Notes: generated from the letters alone by a model not told the origin. 64,000 nucleotides of DNA from an uncultured Chloroflexia bacterium (GCA_963750275.1 CAVVQC010000011.1:152880-216879), one strand, 5' to 3'; positions 36,982 through 47,015 are shown, numbered from the stretch's first letter. Numbers and translations are program-made.

Positions 36982-38176
36982 TCACGATCCCGAGATCGCC
37001 GCGATCTCCTCGTCCGAGTATCCGAGTTCCGCCAGGATATCGGCGCTTTGCTCGCCGAGCATGGGCGCAGCGTGCCGTACCTGCAGCGACTCGCCACCAA
37101 CCTGATACGGGAATCCGGGCACGCCGATCTCACCCAACTTGCTGTGCGTCATCGATTGGCGCATACCAGCATGCACCGACTGCGGATCGGCAAAAACCTG
37201 CGCCAGATCGGAAATCGGCCCGCTGGGTACCCCGGCCCGGTCGAGTAGCTCGACCACCTCCGCGGTCGAATGCCGGCTGAGCGCGTCCTCGATAGCAGCG
37301 TAGACCCCTTCCTTATTGGCATTGCGGGCGGCATTCGAAGCGAAATCAGGATTCGAAGCAGCGTCGCGCATACCCAACGCATCGCAGAACTTCTGCCAGA
37401 GCCGGTCGTTCCCGACGGCGATATTCACGAAACCCATCCGCCGTGGGGAAGGTGTCGTACGGCACGATGATCGCGTGCGCGTTTCCTTGCGCGGTCGGGA
37501 TCTTGCCGGTCGTGAAGTAGCTGGTAGCGTGGTAGGTCAGTAGCGCCACCTGACCACCCAGCATCGAGACATCGATGTAGGTGCCTTCACCCGTCTGCTC
37601 TCGACCATAGAGCGCCGAAGCGACCGCGAAGGCGGCGAACATCCCGGCCGCGATATCGGCGACAGGCGGACCGGTCTTCGTTGGCCGTCCGCCCTTCTCG
37701 CCGGTAATGCTCATCATGCCGCTCATGCCCTGCACGATCAGGTCATAGGCGGTGCGCCCAGCGGACGGGCCTGTCTGCCCAAACCCGGAGATCGAGGCAA
37801 AGACGAGTTTCGGATTGCGAGCATGGACCGTCTCGTATCCGAATCCGAGTCGTGCGATTGTGCCGGGAGAAAAGTTCTCGACCAGGACATCCGCCGATTC
37901 GATCAACCGCCAGAGCGCTTCCTTACCGAGCTCCGACTTGAGATCGAGCGTAATCGACCGCTTGTTGCGATTGACCGAAAGAAAGTAGGCGGCTTCGCCA
38001 TCGATGAACGGCGGACCCCAGGCGCGTGTGTCGTCGCCGGTGCCGGGGAGTTCGACCTTGATGACATCGGCACCCATATCGCCCAGCATCATGGTGCAAA
38101 ACGGCCCGGTCATGACCCGCGTCAGATCGACGACGCGAATTCCCTCTAGCGGGAGCTTCGATGCTCGTTCGGTCAC
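36982..38176 (-). pseudogene. Family-III CoA-transferase (CaiB/BaiF-like) split by a 1-nt indel at a G3/C3 run (about 37434-37437)
   Basis: Track ORFs 37346..38176 (GIRVVDLTRVMTGPFCTMMLGDMGADVIKVE...PYDTFPTADGF) and 36982..37437 (GFVNIAVGNDRLWQKFC...). Removing one G from GATGGGTTTCGTG gives ...TADGFVNIAVGND..., a continuous family-typical sequence. Confidence 0.85.
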
Positions 38177-38268
38177 GCGATTCGGTCCCTTTCCCTACGC
38201 TTGCATGAGGCTTTTCACTAGCTGCCGAGTGTAGCATCGGGGCCGAAGATTGAACTTCCGAGATGATA

Positions 38269-38297
38269 TTGACAGTGATACGTAACACTGGTAAAAT
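38269..38297 (+). promoter_or_regulatory. Near-consensus sigma-70-type promoter of the MerR-family gene, with a palindrome in the spacer
   Basis: TTGACA (38269-38274), 17-nt spacer GTGATACGTAACACTGG, TAAAAT (38292-38297). The spacer contains GTGATACGTAACAC, which is 12 of 14 self-complementary. Confidence 0.6.
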
Positions 38298-38318
38298 ACA
38301 TCATGCGAGAAAGGTCGA

Positions 38319-38933
38319 GTGGAACGAATGCGGCAATCGGACGAGCGCCAATACACCCTGCAGGAGCTGGCCACTGATGCGGGTGTCTCGGTCCGAACCA
38401 TTCGGTACTACATTGGTGAAGGGTTGCTACCTGCTCCGTCCGGAGCAGGCCCGCAAAGCCACTACACCCAATCGCATCTCAACCGGCTGCGAGTCATCGG
38501 GTTGCTAAAGGACCGTTACCTGCCACTCAAAGAGATCCGGAAAGCGCTGTCCGGTCTCGATGACGAACAGATCGATCGGATGATCACCGATCTGGACGGT
38601 GCGGACGCGCTCGATGAATCCAACGCCTTGCAGGACCAGACCCTCGTGATGCCTGAGCTGGCAGCAGCGCCGGCACAGAGCAACGAAACACCGGCACCAA
38701 AGTACGACGCGTTGTCCTATATCGACCTCGCGCTCGAACAAGGCCGGCCCGGGCTCGAACGGGTCAGGCGATCGATCCGCGAGGATCGCGCCATGCCCAG
38801 CGCCGAAGCCGAAACTTGGCGCAAGATCGAAGTTGTGGATGGAATAGAGCTGCTCGTTCGCAACGATCTCTATCGCCGCCGCCGTGACCGGATCGACTGG
38901 CTCATCGATTGGGCCAGAAAGGTCGTCGACTAG
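38319..38933 (+). CDS. MerR-family transcriptional regulator
   Basis: YTLQELATDAGVSVRTIRYYIGEGLLPAP....HYTQSHLNRLRVIGLLKDRYLPLKEIRKAL. GTG start at 38319 lies 5 nt after GAAAGG. An ATG at 38328 is the alternative. Confidence 0.85.
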   Translation: MERMRQSDERQYTLQELATDAGVSVRTIRYYIGEGLLPAPSGAGPQSHYTQSHLNRLRVIGLLKDRYLPLKEIRKALSGLDDEQIDRMITDLDGADALDESNALQDQTLVMPELAAAPAQSNETPAPKYDALSYIDLALEQGRPGLERVRRSIREDRAMPSAEAETWRKIEVVDGIELLVRNDLYRRRRDRIDWLIDWARKVVD

Positions 38934-39181
38934 GCGCAGGCTCGCGCGAACACGTATCGAAAGCAGGGAATAGCGCCCTGCCGGCACCAGGACCACGAGC
39001 GCCCTGGCATTGCGAATCCCATGATGCCCTACCGGGCAGCATGGATATGGCTCAGCCGTCCCAGGCGACGGAACATCGAATCACCGCCAACCGAGACAAA
39101 CCGGGGATCGTCCCAGTTGCCCAGTGCGACCGTCGCACCGGGCCAGGCATGCCTATCTCCGAAACCACTGAGGAGGAACTC

Positions 39182-40465
39182 ATGACCCGAACCAATTTGC
39201 AAATCGAAACGTCCTGGGAGCGACCGGCGCTGACCGAGCGCGACGGATCCACCACATTGATGATCCGTCTGGTCGCTCCCTCCGCAAACAGTCCGGGCGC
39301 GATCCGGCCACCCCTCGACCTTGCGTTTGTCATCGACCGTTCCGGATCAATGTCCGGGCGGCCAATCGAACTCGCCAAACACGCGGTGAGCCAGGCAGTG
39401 GGGATGCTCGAGCAACGCGACCGGGCAGCGCTCGTGGTCTTCGACAACCATATCGATCTCTTGCACCGGCTTGCGGAAGTCGACTCTCGTCAACGGAATG
39501 AGCTGCGGCTGGCGCTGGCCCGCGTCGTTTCCGGTGGCAGCACCGATCTGTGCGGCGGCTGGCTCACCGGTTGCCGCGAGATTGCTCGGCATGAAGTGGC
39601 GGGTGGCCCCACGCGAGTGCGCCGCGCCATCGTGCTGACTGACGGATTGGCCAATCAGGGCGAGACGTCAGTCTCCGTGATTTGCCAACACGCTACCGAG
39701 CTGCGCCAGCGCGGGATTACGACGACGACGCTCGGCATGGGGCAAAACTTCGATGAGGGATTGCTTTCCGCTATGGCGGAAGCCGGAGGGGGCAATTTCA
39801 CCTACATCGATTCGGCGTCGCAGCTTGCTCGGACCTTCGAGCGTGAGCTCGATCGGTTGACCGCTATCACGGCCACTCGTCTCAATTTGCGGCTCCGGCT
39901 TCCCGACGGGCTGCATGGCACGTTGCTCAGCCCGTTCCCGGTGGAACGAACTGGCCATCAGTTCGATGTATCGATCGACGATCTCTCCGCCAACGATGAA
40001 GTGGTGCTCATCTTCGAGGTCACCGGACATGATCTGATGCGGGACGAACGATTACCAATCGAGCTTTCTGTCCGTTGGACCGATCCGATTGGGAACGTCC
40101 GCCAGACCGACCAGGCGGGAATTATTCCGCTCATGGTGGTCGACCAACGTGCCTATGCCGCGATGCCCCGCTCCGATGAGGTGGCAACCCAGACCGCCAT
40201 GCTCAAGGCGTCCCGGGACCAGCGCCGCGCTATGGAGCTCGATCGTTCCGGGCGTTTCGCGGAATCGCGCCAGCTGCTGCACCAGGCATTTGATGAGCTC
40301 CTGAATGCGCCCGACACCGACGAAGTGCTCCATCGTCGAGATGAAGCCCGTTCCTATGCTGCCTACGATCCCGCTGCACCGCTCACCGAACAGACGCGCA
40401 AGCAAGCGGTGCACAACTCACTTTCCCGGTCCCGCCGCCGCCAACCGATCGAACCGCAACCGTAG
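39182..40465 (+). CDS. von Willebrand factor A (VWA) domain protein
   Basis: AGGAGG at 39171-39176 precedes the ATG at 39182 (track ORF starts at 38909). MIDAS context LDLAFVIDRSGSMSGRPIELAK, then GGSTDL and ILTDGLAN-like VLTDGLANQG. Confidence 0.85.
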   Translation: MTRTNLQIETSWERPALTERDGSTTLMIRLVAPSANSPGAIRPPLDLAFVIDRSGSMSGRPIELAKHAVSQAVGMLEQRDRAALVVFDNHIDLLHRLAEVDSRQRNELRLALARVVSGGSTDLCGGWLTGCREIARHEVAGGPTRVRRAIVLTDGLANQGETSVSVICQHATELRQRGITTTTLGMGQNFDEGLLSAMAEAGGGNFTYIDSASQLARTFERELDRLTAITATRLNLRLRLPDGLHGTLLSPFPVERTGHQFDVSIDDLSANDEVVLIFEVTGHDLMRDERLPIELSVRWTDPIGNVRQTDQAGIIPLMVVDQRAYAAMPRSDEVATQTAMLKASRDQRRAMELDRSGRFAESRQLLHQAFDELLNAPDTDEVLHRRDEARSYAAYDPAAPLTEQTRKQAVHNSLSRSRRRQPIEPQP

Positions 40466-40499
40466 CAATCCCTGAGACGGTTGCTCCACGAACAAGCGC

Positions 40500-40533
40500 C
40501 CCCATCTTCTTCCGAACTCGGAAGAAGATGGGG
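40500..40533. terminator. Perfect 14-bp hairpin between convergent genes
   Basis: CCCCATCTTCTTCC (40500-40513), loop GAACTC, GGAAGAAGATGGGG (40520-40533), then ACTTTCG. Confidence 0.6.
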
Positions 40534-40562
40534 ACTTTCGCGTATCAGGGCGGAAATTACCG

Positions 40563-42926
40563 TCACTCGCTCCGTCGAGCGGTCAATGCAAGAGCGGCTA
40601 GTAACACACTCAATGCCGCCAGCAGGGCCAGATACTGGTGCATGGACACGCCCGGCCAGACACCGACGCCCGGCAGGCTCTTGGCGTCTTTGACACTCGT
40701 CACCGCTTGCGCGTCGACATCTTCCACGACCAGTGAGGTAAACGAGACTCCGGCAAAAGAACTCCCGTACAAGGCGCCTTCGTCCCCGACCAGCTCATCA
40801 GTGACCAATCCACCGGCAGAACCCGTCGTACTGCTACCGACTGCTCCCCCTGGGACGCCCGAGCTCGAGGTAACCCCTTCGTTCACCATTGCGGTGCCCG
40901 CACCGTATTTCACGATGACTCGGGTGACTGTGCCCGGTGCGATTGCAAACGTCGTGCTTTGCCCGGTCAGTTGCTCGCTGAGCGTATGCAGCGTTCCGCT
41001 GGTGGCGGGCATGTTCTGAATCGATTCGACGCCATCGCGCCCAAGCTTGAGCACCGGCAACGACTCTCCGTTGGCAAAAGTGATGAGAATGGAGGCATCG
41101 CCCGCGAAACAGCTCGATCCCCCCAGATCGGAAGCGGACGCGGAGGCTCCCGGTGCCAGCGCAACCACCGACGTACCGCTGGAGGTGAGGCAATACAGCG
41201 CCACCACCGTGAGCGTGCCGTTTCCAGTGGTCGATCCAGTCGGTTCAGTAGCGGTGGCAGTGGCAGAAGGCACGATCGGCGTTACGGTCGCCGTACCTGT
41301 GGTTGCCGGAACGGTCGAGGTTCGGGTTGGCGTACTCGATGCGGCTGGTTGGGTTGCTGTTGCCGTACGGGTGGGCGTTGCGCTGGGCGGGACAGGCGTT
41401 CTGGTTTTCGTCGCGGTGGCGGTAGCGGTGGGTAACGGCGTGGAAGTCTGCTTTGGGGCTTGCGGGATGGCGAAGAGGTGAACTGTCACATCGCCGTCGA
41501 ATGAGGTATCCAGCGTAACTAACCCAGTCGACCCATCGATCCCGGTAATCGCGCCGGCATCTGCGCTGTTGGCGCCACCGAATGCGTACCCGGACGGAGC
41601 ATAATCCTGCGTGACCGTGACATAGCCCTGCGCGGTCTGATCGAAGCGGTAAGTCGGTCCATCGACACAGGCATTGTCGCCGGCGTTTCCGTTCCAGTCG
41701 CCCAGATCGGATTCGCAAATCACCGTCGGATCGAAGGTTGCCGAATCGAGTCCGCGAGCGCCCCAGGTGCCATCAGCGACGGTGACACCAAAGTCTGCGC
41801 TGCCTCCTTCGGTCGTACGTGCCACCGCCGGGCACGTCAGCACTTGCGCGGCCAAACTCCCCAGCGCATTCAGGTCGTCGGTCGAGCTGACGTCGCTTCC
41901 GCAAAGATGCATGACCACGTTCACACGCGGAGGATTGAGATAAAAGAGATGAACCACCGGGGTATCGGTGCCCCGCAGGCTCGTGTCGAGCCCCAGGTAC
42001 CAGGCGGCGGGATCGGAGCTGGTCACGATGCCGGCGTCCACATCGCTTCCGGTTTCAGCGGCGACATAACGCATCAGATCGGGTACTGTCGTCAGGGAAA
42101 CGGTGACCGGTCCTTCTGGCAACTGGAAGGAAAAGCCCGAGTTGCTGACGCAGCGGTCATTCGTTGGATCGTTGTCGAGCGCGCCGACCGTGCTTTCACA
42201 GAACGCATCGGACACCAACGCGCCGTTCCCAGTGAGCGATTGCGGCTCGCCAGTAGCAGGAGTTAATGAGAAATCGAAATACTGCTCGCCGCCGTTGACC
42301 GTCCCCCCGGGTGACGAATACCCGGGCAGCGTCATAGCGGGACAGGCATTCAACCGGTCGGTCAAACCACCAAGCCCCCAGAGCTGATCGACGGATTGCA
42401 CCGCTGGCTCGCAAGAATGCGCGACGATGGTGAGTCCGCTGGTCACCGCTTCCGCCGCCGCCTCGACAGTTGGTTCCGCGGTTGGCTCGGCTGTCGGAGC
42501 GACGAACGCAACAATGACGATCTGGACTGCGCTATCGGCAGCAACTTCGACATCGCGCGATGCGCCGGTGATCGGGTCATAAAGGTTGTGAACGCCAGAG
42601 TCCAGTTGCAATTCGAGATAGGGCGCAACTGGTCCGTAATCGACACCGTCGACCAACAACGCGGCGTTCCCATCGAGGCATTCGCCCTGCGGAACATATT
42701 CGGTTGTGAGCAGAATGGAAGCCGTTCCGGGGTCGCCACCGGCGTTACAACTCACCGCGGAAAGCTGGAGCCATCCGGTCGCGGGAGATTCCTGATCCGG
42801 TGGTGGCGTGCCTTCTTCGCTGGTCGTTTCGTCGCCCTGCGCCAGCGACGGAAGCGCGCTGCCGCCAATCAGGCATAGCCCAATGGCAAACGCGAACGCG
42901 AATCGAAAAAGGGAAAACCGAGGCAT
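40563..42926 (-). CDS. Large secreted surface protein with cysteine-paired beta-sandwich modules, a Thr/Pro linker and a C-terminal hydrophobic anchor preceded by LPGVG
   Basis: TGGAG RBS. Signal peptide MPRFSLFRFAFAFAIGLCLIGGSALPSLAQ. Modules begin L.(V)..(H)SC ... C. Linker: TSTPLPTATATATKTRTPVPPSATPTRTATATQP... Tail: SLPGVGVWPGVSMHQYLALLAALSVLLAALALTARRSE. Confidence 0.85.
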   Translation of the reverse strand: MPRFSLFRFAFAFAIGLCLIGGSALPSLAQGDETTSEEGTPPPDQESPATGWLQLSAVSCNAGGDPGTASILLTTEYVPQGECLDGNAALLVDGVDYGPVAPYLELQLDSGVHNLYDPITGASRDVEVAADSAVQIVIVAFVAPTAEPTAEPTVEAAAEAVTSGLTIVAHSCEPAVQSVDQLWGLGGLTDRLNACPAMTLPGYSSPGGTVNGGEQYFDFSLTPATGEPQSLTGNGALVSDAFCESTVGALDNDPTNDRCVSNSGFSFQLPEGPVTVSLTTVPDLMRYVAAETGSDVDAGIVTSSDPAAWYLGLDTSLRGTDTPVVHLFYLNPPRVNVVMHLCGSDVSSTDDLNALGSLAAQVLTCPAVARTTEGGSADFGVTVADGTWGARGLDSATFDPTVICESDLGDWNGNAGDNACVDGPTYRFDQTAQGYVTVTQDYAPSGYAFGGANSADAGAITGIDGSTGLVTLDTSFDGDVTVHLFAIPQAPKQTSTPLPTATATATKTRTPVPPSATPTRTATATQPAASSTPTRTSTVPATTGTATVTPIVPSATATATEPTGSTTGNGTLTVVALYCLTSSGTSVVALAPGASASASDLGGSSCFAGDASILITFANGESLPVLKLGRDGVESIQNMPATSGTLHTLSEQLTGQSTTFAIAPGTVTRVIVKYGAGTAMVNEGVTSSSGVPGGAVGSSTTGSAGGLVTDELVGDEGALYGSSFAGVSFTSLVVEDVDAQAVTSVKDAKSLPGVGVWPGVSMHQYLALLAALSVLLAALALTARRSE

Positions 42927-43096
42927 GACCGCAAAACTCCAGGTACCGGCGATTCGCCCGGTCTTGCCTCAATTGTACTGGTCATGGCTTAACCGTCGTC
43001 CCGACCGAAGCGGAGGGACCTCTCCATCCTCTGGAACGACGGGTATGAGCGCTGGCGGTCTTTGACGTCGAATGAAGACTGAACCTTTGGTCTCGT

Positions 43097-43534
43097 CTAC
43101 GAGTTCTCCTCAGCGGTTTCCACTACTGCATCATCACGCGGATCTTCGTCGAGAATTTCTATGCCGGTCGTCGCTACCGCATCACGCAAAGCCCCAACAT
43201 AACGCCAGGGGAGCTCCCAATACTTTGCCGCAGCCACCACGCTTTCCGGATCCCCGGCCAGGAGCTCACCGGCATCGAAGAACGCTTCGACGGTCTCTCC
43301 CAGATCCGTGGTGGACTCGACCGGAACTCCGGTAGCCGGAGTGCCCGGCAATGCAATCAGCACGCCCCAGATCGCCGGCGTATCGAGCGACTGGAAAGCG
43401 TCCGGCCGCGACGCATCGTTCGCATCGATGCGCGCTCGGGCGACGAATTGCGCACCCGGCCAGCGGGTATTGACCCGGTCGGGCCACATCGCTTCACCAG
43501 TGAGAATTTGAATCGTTCCACCGCGCTCGTTCAT
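43097..43534 (-). CDS. Hypothetical protein, possibly gamma-glutamylcyclotransferase-like
   Basis: GGAG lies 7 nt upstream of the ATG at 43534. Weak resemblance (IWGVLIALP, ...YWELPWRY). Probably co-transcribed with the upstream methyltransferase gene. Confidence 0.55.
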   Translation of the reverse strand: MNERGGTIQILTGEAMWPDRVNTRWPGAQFVARARIDANDASRPDAFQSLDTPAIWGVLIALPGTPATGVPVESTTDLGETVEAFFDAGELLAGDPESVVAAAKYWELPWRYVGALRDAVATTGIEILDEDPRDDAVVETAEENS

Positions 43535-43570
43535 GCCTGCTCCGTTTGGGTCGAATCGTCGATTCGGAGT

Positions 43571-44722
43571 TTACCGTCGAAACCCGGTCAGCGGTGGCTC
43601 GAGATCGAGTCCACGCGCCATACCTAATACGCCGAAGCGTCCCAGACCGCCTGGCTCGATCAGACGAAAGACGGCTGCTTTAGCGGAAAGGTAGTCCTCC
43701 GTGGTGATATCCGGTTCCTTTTGCAAATCGACCAGAAACATCCCCATACCGAGCTGCGAAAGAAAATCGCCCTGGTTGGTAAAACCGGCGGGGGCCAAGC
43801 CGACACGAGCGCCCGCGCGTTCGAGAGCGGTGAAATCGACATGCGTAGTCAGATCGACCGCGCCGGGATCGATAAACGGATCATCCGTCACCTGCTGATC
43901 GCGATAGGCACGCAGAGTTCCTTCCAGGCGATGCTGGGAATAGAGTTTTTCTGCCGGATAGCCATAGTCGATGATGAGCGCCAATCCGCGCTCCAGCATT
44001 GTTGCAGCCGATGCGAACCAGGTCGCCGCCGCGGGAGAGACCTCCAACACAGCACCATCAGGCAGGGTCCTGGCGATCGCTTCGATCTCGGGCAGCGAGG
44101 ACACCTCCAGCGATCGATCCTTTTCCACCCATGCGAACCCGTCTCCGTCCGAGGTCACAAAACACTCTCGGAGCTGACCGTTTCGTACGATCAGCCGGTG
44201 GGCTGGAAATGCATCTGCCACTTCGTTCCCCAGCAACACCCCCATGAACGGCGGCAGGGGATCGATGGGATCCGATATCCGTACCGTGCCAGCCAGGCCG
44301 GCTTCCGTCATGGCTGCCAGTGCTTCGCTGCGGCGATGGGCGTTCGATTCCACCAATCGATACGTGAGTCCCGCGATCGCTTCCGGGGCGTCGTGCGTGA
44401 TGCCAGCCAGAATGTCATACGCGAGCACCCCGGTGCCGGCTCCATACTCCCGAATCTCCCAGGAATCCGGCTGCCCGAGTCGATCCCACACCTCGATCAA
44501 TTGGCGGGCAACCGTCAAACCAAAGTAGGGTGATGCCTCCGGCGAAGTCAGGAAATCGCCGGTCCGCCCCGGTCCCAGTTGCGATCGCTGGTAATACCCA
44601 TACTCTGGGTGATAGAGCGCCAGCGCCATGTACCGCGCCAGGGTGATCGCTTGGCCTGGCGATCCCTGGATGGCATCGCGAATGATGGAGACAAGTGGAG
44701 TTTCGTTGGGTCTTTCGATCAT
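43571..44722 (-). CDS. MidA/NDUFAF7-type SAM-dependent methyltransferase (DUF185)
   Basis: MALALYHPEYGYYQR....GDFLTSPEASPYFG ... EYGAGTGVLAYDIL ... TTHVDFTAL. Confidence 0.85.
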   Translation of the reverse strand: MIERPNETPLVSIIRDAIQGSPGQAITLARYMALALYHPEYGYYQRSQLGPGRTGDFLTSPEASPYFGLTVARQLIEVWDRLGQPDSWEIREYGAGTGVLAYDILAGITHDAPEAIAGLTYRLVESNAHRRSEALAAMTEAGLAGTVRISDPIDPLPPFMGVLLGNEVADAFPAHRLIVRNGQLRECFVTSDGDGFAWVEKDRSLEVSSLPEIEAIARTLPDGAVLEVSPAAATWFASAATMLERGLALIIDYGYPAEKLYSQHRLEGTLRAYRDQQVTDDPFIDPGAVDLTTHVDFTALERAGARVGLAPAGFTNQGDFLSQLGMGMFLVDLQKEPDITTEDYLSAKAAVFRLIEPGGLGRFGVLGMARGLDLEPPLTGFRR

Positions 44723-44945
44723 GGAAGAAGTCTACGGGAACGGTTATCGCGACCATGGCACGTGTCTCGTGATTGAACCCTGTCTTTTGTCGCTTTTCGC
44801 CTGCCACGTGACCCACTCGCCTGTTCCGGGCAAACTTCGATCCCTCTCCCAGCTCTTGCTCAGGAACGCGAGGCACGCTAATGTCAGGTGTGACTGGGAG
44901 TCCCGAGGACTCCTTGCAACGTTTTCGCTGTAAGGAGCGTCAACT

Positions 44946-47015
44946 ATGTCTTCTAAATTGCTTATCCGGCTCCTCGTGGCCGCGATCATGCTCACCCCGG
45001 CGCTTCCCGCCGTGGCGTTGGCCCAGAGTGACGGCGAGGTAGTCGTCATCGATGACAACTTCGACGATCCTGCCGCTGGAGTGTTGCAGGAAGGTTCGGA
45101 CGATCCCGACCTCCGTTTCGATTACGACGACGAGGGGTACGAGATCGACGCGTTTGCGGACGATTTCGCCGGCGATCTGACCGTGCCGGTGCCGGGAGAG
45201 TTTTCCAATGGCACGATTGCCATCGATGGGACGCTCACAGGAAAAAACGATTCCAATGGGCACTATCTCTTCCTCGCCTGCCGCGTACGCGATGACACCG
45301 GCTATAAGCTGGAGATTCGCCCACTGGCGCAGGTGGCCGCAATTTGGCTGCTCACTCCCGATGGCAACCAGCGCATCGCGAATGTCGGTCTGGAAGCGGA
45401 TCCCAGCTCTGGGCCGTTCCGCATTGAATTGAGTTGCGAGGGCGATCAGCTCACTGGACGTATCGATGGCGAGGAGATCATTTCGGTCACCGACGCTACC
45501 TACGACCAGGGGAGCTTTACGTTCGGAGCTGGCGTCTATCAGCTCAGCGCCGGGCCAGTCTCGGCTGACTTCGATAATTTGACGGTGGCGGTCCCGGCCA
45601 GTGACGTTTCGGTCACGCCAGACGCGAGCCCGGAACCGGTTGAAGAACCGACCGGAGAAGCCACGGCAGAGCCGACGGAAGACGTGGCGGCCGCGGTCAC
45701 TGTGGAAGCAACCGAAGAACCCACCCTCGCACCAACTGAGGAGCCCACACAGGAGCCGACTGTAGCTCCGACTCAAGAACCAACTCAGGAACCGACGATC
45801 GCTCCTACCGAGGCACCTACCCAGGAACCGACTGCTGAGCCAACCGAGGCACCGGTATCGCAAGCGGCCATCTTCGATCGCGCTGGACTCGCCGCCGCGG
45901 CCGATCAGCTCCGTGGGCAAGCCGGTGAAAATGACCCGGTCTACGGGCCCGAGGCCGGCTCGACCGACTTGCAAACTGCGCAGGAGCTGCTCGACTTCGT
46001 CGCAACCACCACCTTCACCGTGCCGGACGGCGACTGGTCTGCCGGTTACGCATTCCGCCAGGTCGATGGTCTTGGAGGCATCCTGCTCATCTCATCGAAT
46101 GGCGCCTGGTTGCTAACCAACGGTACCGAGCAAGTGCGCGCCGCCGGACTGGTCGAAAACCTGAACACCGATCCCGGCTCGGACAATACGATCGAGCTGA
46201 TTGCGGCAGGTGAAACTGGCTATCTGACCGTCAATGGCGAGTTCGCCGCCCAGCTCGATCTCACCCTCTGGCCCGATGCCGGCAGTCTTGCGGTCATCGG
46301 CACGGTAGCTGGCGATGGCACCCCGCTCGAGCTCTTCGATGTAACCGTCTGGTCACTTGGCGAGCAATCGGAACCAGAGATCGTGCCGACCGCGACCGCA
46401 TCGCCAGTCCCGGAGTCGCCAGTTGCGACCGAAGAGACAGCTTCACCCGAAGCCACTGTCGAATCCATCGCCGACGAAGCTGCCGCCTTCGATGAGATCG
46501 TAGCCTCGACCGATGGCCAGGAGCCACTTTCCGGCCCCGATGCCGGCAGACTCACCCAGGCAATCGGATCGCTCGATATCGCCAGCGCTGGGGTGATCAC
46601 GTCGAACTTCTATTCCACCGTACGGTTCTCGAATCCGGCCAACGCGGAAAATCCGGACCACCCGTGGGATATCGTGCAGGGTTTCTGGCATACCGGCGGT
46701 GACAATCAGATGCGTCTCGTGATCTCGTCAGACGGGACCTGGTCGCTCGCGATCGGTACCGCGCGCCCGATCGTCACAGGCACCGTCGACAACTTGAATC
46801 TGGGTGAGGCGCGTGGCAACGATGTCGCGCTGGCGGTGCTCGATGGCACCGGCTATCTGTCGGTGAACGGCGAGTTCGTCGATGCGTTCCAGATTCCGTC
46901 AGAACCAAACGCGGGTGACCTCTGGCTGGCCAGTGGAACCTTCCCGGAAAATGCGCAGGAAGGCGTCGAAACGCTGTACAGCGACTGGACGATCTGGTCG
47001 CTCGAACGAGGATAG
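44946..47015 (+). CDS. Secreted protein with three jelly-roll/lectin-like repeats and an (E/A)PT(Q/E) linker
   Basis: AAGGAG lies 9 nt upstream of the ATG. Signal peptide MSSKLLIRLLVAAIMLTPALPAVALAQ. Linker: EEPTLAPTEEPTQEPTVAPTQEPTQEPTIAPTEAPTQEPTAEPTEAP. Repeats end GYLTVNGEFAAQLDL...FDVTVWSL and GYLSVNGEFVDAFQI...SDWTIWSL. Confidence 0.8.
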   Translation: MSSKLLIRLLVAAIMLTPALPAVALAQSDGEVVVIDDNFDDPAAGVLQEGSDDPDLRFDYDDEGYEIDAFADDFAGDLTVPVPGEFSNGTIAIDGTLTGKNDSNGHYLFLACRVRDDTGYKLEIRPLAQVAAIWLLTPDGNQRIANVGLEADPSSGPFRIELSCEGDQLTGRIDGEEIISVTDATYDQGSFTFGAGVYQLSAGPVSADFDNLTVAVPASDVSVTPDASPEPVEEPTGEATAEPTEDVAAAVTVEATEEPTLAPTEEPTQEPTVAPTQEPTQEPTIAPTEAPTQEPTAEPTEAPVSQAAIFDRAGLAAAADQLRGQAGENDPVYGPEAGSTDLQTAQELLDFVATTTFTVPDGDWSAGYAFRQVDGLGGILLISSNGAWLLTNGTEQVRAAGLVENLNTDPGSDNTIELIAAGETGYLTVNGEFAAQLDLTLWPDAGSLAVIGTVAGDGTPLELFDVTVWSLGEQSEPEIVPTATASPVPESPVATEETASPEATVESIADEAAAFDEIVASTDGQEPLSGPDAGRLTQAIGSLDIASAGVITSNFYSTVRFSNPANAENPDHPWDIVQGFWHTGGDNQMRLVISSDGTWSLAIGTARPIVTGTVDNLNLGEARGNDVALAVLDGTGYLSVNGEFVDAFQIPSEPNAGDLWLASGTFPENAQEGVETLYSDWTIWSLERG

